A stretch of 64,000 nt of DNA from Magallana gigas. Its lineage: Eukaryota. The stretch is taken from NCBI RefSeq assembly GCF_963853765.1, contig NC_088854.1, positions 59,396,001-59,460,000 of the forward strand. Reading direction: 5' to 3'. Within the stretch, counting starts at the first letter, position 1. Each line of letters starts with the position of its first letter. Below the pieces are notes generated by a model, which was not told where the DNA came from, made no database searches, and was given only the letters and a program-made list of their open reading frames with translations. Position numbers and translations under genes: made by a program. Shown piece by piece: positions 38,301 to 50,300 of this stretch.

Positions 38301-41300
38301 CTCCCTTTGTTGGGTCTTGTATGGCTTTACATTGCGTACTCTTCATACAACACAAATCTCCACTTTGAAGTATACTAATGCTAGTCATAACGCTGCTAGT
38401 CATAATGCTGCTTGTTATAATGCTGCTAGTTGTAACATTGCTTGTTATAATGCTGCTAGTTATAATGCTACTAGTTGTAATGCCGCTAATTATATTGCTT
38501 CTCATTATAATGCTGCTAGTTGTAACACTGCTCATTATAATGCTGCTAGTTGTAACACTGCTCGTTATAATGCAGCATGCTTGCTTTATACTGAAGATAT
38601 GTGTCAGAGTAGCAAGACAAGTTGTCCTAGCTTTTATGAAGTGTGAAGATGAAAAAGACAGTTAAACAAATGACACAGGTTTGAATACTTTTGACTGTGT
38701 ATCTTCCTAAACACAAAACAGGGGTACAACATATACCCCTCACAAAAGAGCAAATACAACTGTACTATAAAGAGCATAATACAATATACATCTACTCAGG
38801 TATATGTAACAGCTTCTTACGTCTCTTTGGTTGTAGACTCGGACCAAGCAGGTACCCTTAAGTGGATGAGTGGTCAGACATTGTCCTCCAGTAACTACAC
38901 AAACTGGAGTCCACACTACCCCCAGAAACACCCCAACCAGACAGACTGCGGCAAGGTGGAGGCCGGTAAAACAGCTGTATTATCCCTTTATATAACAAAG
39001 TATTGTAAATATTACATATGAGAGAGAGAGAGATTGATTTAGTTTACTTGCATCAAATTTTAGTTCACCTCCTTATATCTCCACTAATTATATTTATTTA
39101 GGGCCATCCTCATCATCATGGTCAAATGGATACTGCTTTATTTCTCTGCCATTCATCTGTAAAGCCAAAGTGATTACAAAGGTCACAAGCCCAATCAAAC
39201 CAGGTGAGACTTAAAAGATAAAGTTTGAAATAATCTTAAAGTTTTAAAATGGGATCAGTTATTTATATGAATGGTTATGAATTTGAGATGAGGATAGATT
39301 TGTTGACAGCTCTGATTAATTGACAATATATGTTGAAAAATGGAAACTAGATATTTTATATTTGCAATTATAACATACACTATGTTAAGCTTCTACAGAG
39401 TTCTGTGTGTATTAACGGCCAGCAGTCACTGGGACCACTGTACTGGCCTGACTGCTTCCTGTTGTGGTCATATGTAATAGTGGTTTATCTAGTGTAAACT
39501 ACTACAGAGTTCTCTGTATTAAACAGCAACCAGCCACTGTGACCCTGGATGGACTCTGTACCGGTCGGACTGCTACCTCTTTGGTAACGACTCCGCCCAG
39601 TCCTGGACCAACGCCCGCCATGTCTGTTACGGCTACAACGCGGACCTTACCACCATTCGCGATCCCTACGAACAGTCCTTCATCACAGGTTATTATTAGG
39701 ACTATATTATGGAATAATGCTACACAATCCTATTTGTAGCATCCATATGAATATCAAGTATTCAATTCAAACACTCTCTACAAGAATTTGATAGAAACAT
39801 TCAACTCATCAAGTATTCAACTTAATCTCTCTTGTGGAAGTGAAATGATAAAATATTTTCTCCTTGTACAAAAATACATTCCATGGATCAAGATTTCAAA
39901 AAAATGATAGAAATTTGCATATTTGAGTCAGTTTTCAATGAATTCATGAACAGATGAGAAAATCTTTATAACATGTATTCTGCTTGATATTTAGCTCATA
40001 TACCAGATATAGGAACATCATGGATTGGACTGAAATATAGCAGTGAATATAAAAAATTCAGATGGGTGGATTCAAGATTTGTAAATGTAAGTTATCTAGC
40101 ACAATTTCCATATGCTATTCTCTATTATGTGTAGTCCAACATTGATATATGAAACATCAATATCTCTACTAGATACATGTATGTTGAAGAGAGTTGAGAT
40201 GCCACAACAACTTATTCTTTATGTATTTTCTCAATATCTTAAAATTTTGGCTATCTAAATGATTTTATTTTGTTATTCAGAGTTGGAGATATTGAGGTTT
40301 AACTTTATTGGGCTGAGTCACAATAAATCAAAATGAGGCAATGAGTTGACCTCTTATGTGTGTTTGTAGGGAAACTTTCAGAACTTTTTTCCCGGTGAAC
40401 CGGATGACGTAGATGACGGTGCTTTCTGTATCAAGATACAGGCAGGTCGGCAGGATTTCACCGGGTCCTGGGACGACCAGAACTGTACCAGTCCTCTCAG
40501 CTTCATCTGTAGGAAACCCTCAGGTAAGTCAGCTCACCTGGACAGCAGGATTATTGAAGTGCCCTTGATTTATGTTGATCTCACTACATTAGACTACAGT
40601 TGCTTGTTTATTCATTGCTAATATATGTAGTCAGTGGTAGAATAAAGCCAAGCTTGGGTCATTGTTCATACATGTAGATATTTATTATACAGAAAAAAGC
40701 TGAAATTTTGAAATTACGAGTAACACAGAATAGACACAAACGACAAGACAATTAGACACAGACAAACATAGAAAATAGTATTGCAATATTGTAATTTAGA
40801 ATGAAGTTTATTTTATTACTTCAAACCTTACTTAGACTAACTATCCAACTGATTTAAGTACTAGTATATTGCTATGCTGTTAGTATCGTGCTTGCCAGTT
40901 CAAGGGCTAGGTGGAGAGTGACGGACTGGTATCAGGTTTTGGCGGGGAAGCGTGCATGCAGAATTAGTCATGTGACTCTATTGTCTAGTCGTGTCATTGT
41001 CCACATTACAGATTTTAAACTTTCATTCATAAACACTCACTCTACACAATGTCATGTATACCAGTCAAACAGGTACACCAGTGTTGTAATTTAATATACA
41101 AATAATATTAATATACATTGTACATGTAACTGGTTTACATACACATAAATGTATCAGACTAGAGGTGCTTGTTTATTCATGGCTAATACATGTGCTGTAT
41201 AAGACTATTGGAGCTTGTTCATTCTGTTTCAGTTCCTGGTTCACAGTCCACAGTCACACCATCAACCACTCCAGGTAAAGTTCAAATGAAATTCAATATA

Positions 41301-44300
41301 TCCTTGGCAGAATTTTTTAAAAAACATTCGATATGTTATAGGCTTTTAAATAGATGAAATGTACGATATATTCCTAATTTAGCATTTATTTTACATTTCT
41401 GTGAAAAATCGCAAAAAGGAGTTGTGAACTATATGAAATTATAATATAAATTTGGCATTCACATTTTCATATTTTTGCGATTTGATACAAAATGTTGGAA
41501 TTATGGAAGGAAGTACTTGCATTATAAATAAGAATACAGTACCTATTCAACAGAAATTCTTAATGTGGTACCTATATGCTCAATGTTAGAAGTTTTCAAT
41601 AAAAATCCTGATTAGAAGAGGGTTATGAGTTTAGTCAGACATGTATGGAGTTTAAAATAACCCCATTTAATTAAAAGGTTTAGAAAGAAATCATGTGTTT
41701 GATGAGAGCTACTAGAAAAGAATCTCACAAAATGGAAAATTAAAATTTATAGAAGCAAAAATGTTTATTACTCTTGCATTGGTAAGGTCAGATATGGTTT
41801 TTGATTGGGCCCCTGAAGAGCCTGATGCCTTAAAGGTTACCCAAGTAAATGAAATAATTGAAAGGCCGGTCTTTGTTGAACAAATAACAAGAAATAAGGT
41901 CTAAAATGTCTGTCTGCCTTTGAACCACAGCACCTTGGAATGCTGCCTGTGGCCAGGGCTGGATCTCCAACAAGCTGAGCAACACCTGCTACCAGGTGGT
42001 GCTGGGTAAACCCAAGACCTGGAATGAGGCATTGTGGGATTGTAACCGGATTGGTGGGACCCTGCTCAACATTGAGAGCATTAGAGAACAGCATTACATT
42101 CAAGGTAACACTTAATTAACACTTAATTAACCTAACTTTATTCAAGGAAACCTCATTTTCATCACTTTATTATACCAATTACTTTGCATAACATCACAAT
42201 ATAATCTCTACACCTAAAATAAACTATAACCTTCTGATCAATGCAGTTTCCCTACGAATGCGATAGACTCATTTTTTAGATAAATTCAGTGTAACTTTAT
42301 TAAATCCTAGGTAATTTTTTTGATCTCATATTCCAAAGCTACCTCTCTTGCCTGTGACAGCTATATATGAATAAAATGGAAATGTTCATGGTAAATATGA
42401 ATTTTGTGGAGTTAAACATGCTTATATTTCTAATATTCCTTATTTTGTTTCATCAGGAATTCTAAGCACCGGTCAGTACGCCAGCATTCAGTCCAACTTC
42501 TGGATTGGGGGGTCAGACGCCACTCGGGAGGGGGGCTGGGAGTGGATCAACACCACCCAACCCTTCGCCTATCTAAACTGGCACCCAGGTAGGCATATTG
42601 TACATGATTGTATATCCATGTGTTGCCTGTATGCCTAAACTTGTCCAATTTCAACTGATCTTATTTCGAATGTGCTTTTTTGGGCAAAATTATTCCTATG
42701 CAAATAATTTATTGAACGAATATCTTTAAATTATTCCTATTAATTGTAAATAATCTTATGAGAGCTTTCAATTCTCAATGCCAGAAAAATGCATAATTTT
42801 CAAAGAGAAGAAAATGTAGAAATTAAAACTTGATTATTTAAAGCCTTATACCATAAAACATGTACCTATCTTGGTGCTTGTTTGTATAGGTGAGCCCAAT
42901 GAGGCATTGACGGGTGAGGACTGTATGGAGATGGTGACATCCTGGGGGTACCAGTGGAACGACAAGCGCTGTGACCATGAACAGCAGTACATCTGTAAAA
43001 AGCCAGGTATCTGTTTACACCCAGCTTCACAGCCTCCGGACCATGTAGAAATGTTGGACAATCTTGTTGACTGAACTTCAATTTCTCTTTAATTTGAGGA
43101 GCTTTTGTTCTAAGACAGGTTTTTAAAAAATTGATTTTGATCCAATTTTTTTTTTTACTTTTCAGCCATATTGCCTTCGACACCAGCAGGGGCTCCTACT
43201 CCGCTCTCACCGTGTAAGTCAAACACAGAATAAAACAGTAGGGACAGGGCTTTTTTTGTATTTTGTGCCAATTTTGAAAGCAAATTAACGTAAAACACCA
43301 GCAGGGGCTCCTACTCCGCTCTCACCGTGTAAGTCAAACACAGAATAAAACAGTAGGGACAGGGCTTTTTCTGTATTTTGTGCCAATTTTGAAAGCAAAT
43401 TAACGTAAAAGCAATTTACCATAAAGTCTCATGTAATAAGACATGTATAATATTAATGAAATCACAGTATTTATCTCTCACTGTTGTAATTATGTGTCCT
43501 GTATCTGTTTAGCGAGCTGTGATCCACAGCCCCTGTTGTCTGGAGACTACTCCGTTTTAGATGATGTCATCAAAGCTACATCACAACGTGACACTATTCA
43601 TGGTTCACCAAGCTCTAGGATTTACCCTGGAAGCAAAGGTACCAGATATCTCTACTTTTGTAGAAAGAAATATTGTAGAAAGAAAGTGCATGTTTTGATG
43701 TGTGAAGTAAACTTGGTACTTATTAATAAATAAAACTTTAAGCATGATAATTTTTTTAATGTGTTTTCACTGTTGTTTTTTATTTATAAAGAAAAGTAAA
43801 AAGCTTTTTGGAAAATTTTCTCAAACTGACCATATTAAAAAAAGAAACTTTGTTTGGAGTTGGAGTTTGTCATACATGTGTATGTGAAAGAAAATTGAAT
43901 GGTTATTATGTACATTCTGTTTCAAAATTTCTCTCTTACATCAAGGTGGCTGGTGTGCCCAGCACAACAATAAGGGGGAGTTTATCCAGGTGTCTTTCTA
44001 CAACATGGCCATAATGAAGGGGGTGGTCACCATGGGACGGTCGGACGCCCTAGAGTGGGTCACTCATTACAAGATCCGGTACCAGTACGACTACTACTCG
44101 GAGTGGAACTGGTATGAGGAACCTCCGGGCCAGGTCAAGGTGAGACTGGTTACAGCAAGTTCTGGAACTCCAGATACATGCAAGTTGCTCTTTGTCTGGA
44201 ACTCCAGATACATGCAAGGTGCTCTGTGTCTGGAACTCCAAATACATGTCATATTTTCTCATTATGGTTTTTACATGAACAGCTTTTATAATTTTCTAGC

Positions 44301-47300
44301 TGAGATTGTAAATACAGAGTACCATATACATTGTTGTAATTGTGTAGTCAGTTCTGGTAAGTGTTGTATTTAGATTACTTTAATGCTATTGTCAACAATG
44401 CCAAAACCTGATTGAATCACAACCTGACTATTTGTGTTCCTTTTTGTTCTGATAATTATACATGTACCCCCGCTCCGAAGGAGAGGGGGTATACTGTTCT
44501 ACCCTTGTGTGTCTGTCTGTCCGTAACAAAAATTTCTGTCGCATTTATCTCAGCAACTATTTATCGCAGATGCTTGAAATTTTTACACAGTGTTTGTTAA
44601 GGCATGCCATATCGTGGGATATATTTTTGTACCAATCGGACGTCATCTTCCTGTTAAATAACGACTTTGCTTATTTTTTAGCCAAAATTTTCAAACAAAT
44701 TTCCGTCAAAGATTTCTCAGCAACTATTTTTCGCAGATGCTTGAAATTTTAACACACTATTTGTTTTAGCATGCCATATTGTGGGATGAATTTGTGTTTG
44801 AACATCTGACCAAAAAAAGGGACATTTGATTGCAATGACAGATTCATATTTGTACTAGACTACTGGGTAAAATAATCTGCAACTCATTGAAATATTGTTT
44901 GTTACTTTCAGCTTCTCTTGACCTAATATTGTAGGGGAGAGGAAGAAAGGGACTTTGTTTTTAAAAAATTGTTGGGCAATCAGTAATTTGGTCCTGTTTT
45001 TTGTTTAGATCTTCACAGGTAACACAGACAATGTTAACCAAGTCAACAACACAATACAGTTCCCTTTTGAGGCCAAGTCTGTTCGACTTTACCCCGAGAC
45101 ATGGAACGGGGGCATCTCTCTACGCTGGGAGATACTGGGATGTATCGAAGGTCAGTATTTAATTGATGGAATTCTTCTCCGTATCGAAACAACTGTCACA
45201 GCTTCAGGTTGTAGGGACACTGAAACAGAAAATAAGATAAGACTTATGAGGACCAAATACGGACCCTTGAGAGGGCATATTTGTAAAGAGTAATGACAAG
45301 GTTTATGTTATACAGACTTCTGTATGGATGAGTACGCTGTGAGTGGACCACTGATCGTGGACGACAACAAGATCACTGTGTCCTCCATCAGGGATCCCAG
45401 TCACGGTGGCCCAGCGGCCCGCCTCCAGAGCCTGAACCCCCTGAGGACACCCCTGGGATGGAAGACAGCTGTGGACGACACTAATCAGTGGATCCAGGTG
45501 GACCTGGGTAAATCCATGATCATCCGCGGAGTGACCACCATGGGGAGTGTGTCTAGGCAGGAGTGGGTCACATCCTACAACATCCTGTATAGGCTGAACA
45601 CGCAGGAGGACTTCTATCAGGAGCCTTATGGAAATGTCAAGGTCAAGAAGACACTTTTATATGTTGAAATTCCCTGCACATTTGAATACTTATAAAATAT
45701 TTTTAAAAAATGAAACAATTAATTTTTACATGTATTGTCAATTTTTTTAAAATTTTGAAAACCACTCTCGGTACACTTTTTTAAAATCTCAGAAAAAATT
45801 ATTGAAAAGATGAAATAATATTGTCTGTTATTTATCTTATCCAATGAAATTCACTCCCTCCTGAATTTTTAATTCTTAGAAAATATGGTTTAAAGATTAA
45901 ATTTATTATACTGTCATTTATTTCACAGACCATTCCTGGAAACGTTAACAATAATGAGACGGCGACCTACTTCTTTAAAACACAGTTTCAGGCACGATAC
46001 GTGAAGCTCAAACCTGTGACCTTCAGTGGGGGGATCTCCCTCAGATTGGACGTTCTGGTCTGTCAGCACGGTAGGAAATCTCCAACACATTTATCTTGTA
46101 ATTGTGTACACTATGAGCCAATGTTCAGTTTATTATAGCATCAATTAACGTTGACAGATAATAAGTCTAAGTATAAAAGAATCAAAATATATATGATGCA
46201 CAGAAGCTTGGCATTGCATGAACACATTTACATATGATTCTTGACTTATATTCAGATCTAGATAATTCATACATAAGCTGATTTATACATTTTTTTTCCG
46301 GAAAATGAGTATAGAGTGCCAAATATAATAGTGTAAAAAAGATTCTGTGATATTTCTATTGATAACTGTAGGATGTAATGCTAAAGCCCTTATTACGGGT
46401 CGTAAGAACCTCCCTGATGATCTGATCGCCGCCTCCTCCTCAGTGGACACTGAACACAGTCCCGCCCGGAGCCGCCTCAATCAGCCCGCCCAGGGACCGT
46501 ATGCCGGGGCCTGGGTCCCTCTCTATCAGGACCTGCACCAGTACATAGAGGTCTCACCTTGTCTCATTGGCATGCTTTTATTACATGGAAAAAATCAATA
46601 CCACATCAGATACACTAGTATATAGAAAATACACTATAGTCCCATTCACATTAACTCAATGCATGAAAAAAATTAAAAACAAAGGACTAAATATGATATG
46701 AGCCTAAAATGGCCCCCTAAAATGAACATCATCATTTTATTGTAATTCTTTGTACAGATGTTCTAATATTATGTTCATATTGATTCAAGTGCCCACAATT
46801 TAGAAATACGATATCATAAAGACAACCTTTTCCTGCCATTTTTGCATTTTTAGCATAAAACAGCTTGTTTTCAAGCAGTTTTTCTTTCAGAAAACATAGA
46901 GCGCATGCTTGAACAAACAAAATATTTTAATCTGAGATGTAACTAGCCAAGCCTGATAACTGACAAAAAAAATTTATCCGTGTTCAAGCATGCGCTTTAT
47001 ATTTCCCATTCATTATGAGATAAGAAAAATGTCAATTTTGACCGATTTTGATTAAATTATAGAAATAACATCTTTTCTGACGTCATATGCTGCAAGTGAG
47101 TTCAAATAAATAGTGCCTGTTTGGGAGGGTAACAGTTGAAATTGACATCCCAAGAAAACCATTGTCAACTGACGCGAAGCGGAGGTTGACAATGGTTTTC
47201 GAGAGGAGTCAATTTCAACTGTTATCCTCCCAAACAGGCACTATTTATTTTGTTATACTGAATATCTTAATTTTTAAGAAATTTTACTGCTTTTATATAG

Positions 47301-50300
47301 GAATAACGTGAATTCTACAGCGAACCGTAAGCGCATAATTTTCGCGCATGTAACAATTTGTAATGTTACCTGTTGCTAAGTGCGTTGCTAATGCTGAGGG
47401 TAATAGAACGGATTATGAACTGCGTCTTAACCAATCAGATTTCAGTATTTAACATGAAAGTGTAACAAAACATTTTATTGTTCCCAAAACACTTTAAAAG
47501 ATGGCGAATAATGAGGGCCGAATTCAACTCATATCATATATAGTTCTTTAGATAGATATGTACAAAGTGGGTTTTAATTAGAGCTGATTAATGCATCCAT
47601 TTCAGGCAGATTTTGGTGTTGAAATACAAATAGTTGCCATAGCAACCCAAGGTCGACAGGGAGGGTCAGAGTGGGTCAGCCAGTACACACTGTCGTACTC
47701 GGTGGACGGACGGCAGTGGTTCCCCTATGATGCCTTCACCAGGGTGCCCATTGTAAGTGCATTAAGCTGGTTACAGAAAATAACTATATATATTACATAC
47801 AATATTTATACTTATGTAAGTTGTTTTGTAATCTGGATATAGGGGAAAGAATGATTTGTATGTGTAATTTTAGTCTTTTGTTTGTTTCTGATATAGAAAT
47901 TTGAAGGGAACTTTGACAGTGACAGAATCAGGAAGCATTACTTAAGTATTCCTGTAGTAGCCAGGAAAATCAGGCTCTGGCCCACTAATTTCCACACCAG
48001 AATCGCTCTACGATGGGAGATCTATGGCTGTCCAGGTACTGACCACAAATTATGTAAAGAATATGATAGTTACTGGTAATTATAAATTATGAAGTTGTCA
48101 CAAATATTTTTTATGATTGAAATCAGATATGAAATCCTTTTTTTTTGGCTAGCGTTTCTTCAACCTAGCCTGACTATGGTATATAACAGAGGTGAATTCC
48201 TCACAGAAAGATTTCAAAAATGGTTTATTTAACCTAATCTTAATTAACCTCATACAGGGGCTGACTCAGGTGTCCGGGTGGGCTGTTACTCTGACAATCC
48301 ACAGGACAGGGACTTGACCTATGAACCTTTCACCGACCCCTCAGTAGGGATGTGGCCCCCAATGTGTGTTCACCATTGTTTTAACAAGGGATATTACTAT
48401 GCCGGGCTCCAGTCCCAATTTAAGTGTTTCTGTGGAAACTCGTACGGGAGATACGGTCCTGCCAGAGACTGTAACCTGAGTTGTTTCCCTTTGACCAGGT
48501 ACCAGTGTGGAGGAAAGCAGTCCAACATGATCTATACAACAGGACTCAGTAAGTTTGTCTACATATACAAAAGGACTAAGTCTGTGTGTGTTTATATACA
48601 ACAGGATTTAGTATAATGTTCTTAAAGACACTATATTATGTTGTAAGTGCTTTCAACTCTTTATAATGTTGAAGGCACCGCTAACTCTGTCTGTATTATG
48701 TTGTAGGCGCCGCTAACTCTGTCTGTATTATGTTGTAGGCGCCGCTAACTCTGTCTGTATTATGTTGTAGGCGCCGCTAACTCTGTCTGTATTATGTTGA
48801 AGGCGCTGCTAACTCTGTCTGTATTATGTTGTAGGCGCCGCTAAGTCTGTCTGTATTATGTTGTAGGCGCCACTAACTCTGTCTGTATTATGTTGTAGGC
48901 GCCGCTAACTCTGTCTGTATTATGTTGTAGGCGCCGCTAACTCTGTCTGTATTATGTTGTAGGCGCCGCTAACTCTGTCTGTATCATGTTGTAGGCGCCG
49001 CTAACTCTGTCTGTCTGCCGGGCTGGAAGGACTACAACAACCATTGTTACCTGATGATCCTGAACAGGTACAGCTGGAGCATGGCCCGCTCCAAGTGCCA
49101 GACCATGGGGGCCGACCTGGTGACCGTCAACAGCCAGGCTGAGCAGGACATGATCACCAGCATCATCAGCAGCAGTGAGTGCACTCACCCAGTAACCACT
49201 CATTATAATAAATTACAGCATCATCACAGCAGTGAGGGCACTCACCCAATAACAACTCATTATAATAAATTACAGCATCATCACAGCAATGAGTGCACTC
49301 ACCCAATAACTACTCATTATAATAAATTACAGCATCATCACAGCAATGAGTGCACTCACCCAATAACTACTCAATATAATAAATTACAACATCATCACAG
49401 CAATGAGTGCACTCACCCAATAACAACTCATTATAATAAATTACTGCATCATCACAGCAGTGAGTGCACTCAACCAATAACAACTCATTATAATAAATTA
49501 CAGCATCATCACAGCAATGAGTGCACTCACCCAATAACAACTCATTATAATAAATTACTGCATCATCACAGCATTGAGTCTACTCAAGTAGTTCATATTG
49601 TATGATGATTACAGTAATCACTGTAGCAGCAGTAGTGAGTGTACTCGCTCAAATACAACTCTATGTTATTTGAGTAATCACTGAGACATCAGCAGTAGTG
49701 AGTGTACTCGCTCAAATACAACTCTGTTATTTTGAGTCATCACTGAGACATCAGATCACTGAGACATCAGCAGTAGTAAGTACCGGTACTTGAGTAGTTA
49801 ATACAATATGACAATGAGAGTTCCAGTAATCACTAACATTGTCAGCAGATTTTCTTGATGTTGAATGTCTTTTTTGACAATAAATTTTAGACCAAGGTTT
49901 TACTTTAAAGTAATTACATAAACATCTTTATTATCTGAGGAAAGATTTTTAAGATTCAGTAGGTTGTTATGTTTATGATACATGTACACAGTTACAAACC
50001 ATTTTTTTAGACTCAGGTTCTGACGCTTGGATTGGCCTGAATGACCAGCATGAGTCGAACCTTTTTGAGTGGGTGAGGGGAGACAGAGTCCGATTCACCA
50101 ACTGGAACATCAACCAACCGCGGCAACCAGGGAACACCAACCAGAAATGTGTCATGCTCAATGCCACAGTATGTACATAGTAATTACGGAACATGTCATT
50201 ATCCAACTAATGTGCCATAACCTGACTGACAAATCCAGCATCTTAAATGTCTTAGATGACATTCCAATCAAGGATTACAATCTAACATAATACTCAAACA

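Noticed and set aside
38062-38665. Overlapping repetitive ORFs (YNAASCN / MLLVIML / TSSII repeats)
   Set aside because: These are frames of a 15-bp intronic minisatellite, open in several frames because of low complexity. No splice sites link them to the lectin gene.
37846-43945. AAG acceptors at 37850 and 43945
   Set aside because: Less common than YAG but ordinary canonical AG acceptors, and frames are continuous.
48662-49590. CRISPR-like appearance of regular 32-57-bp repeats (also 63271-64000)
   Set aside because: Units are contiguous with no unique spacers, there are no cas genes, and the context is eukaryotic introns.
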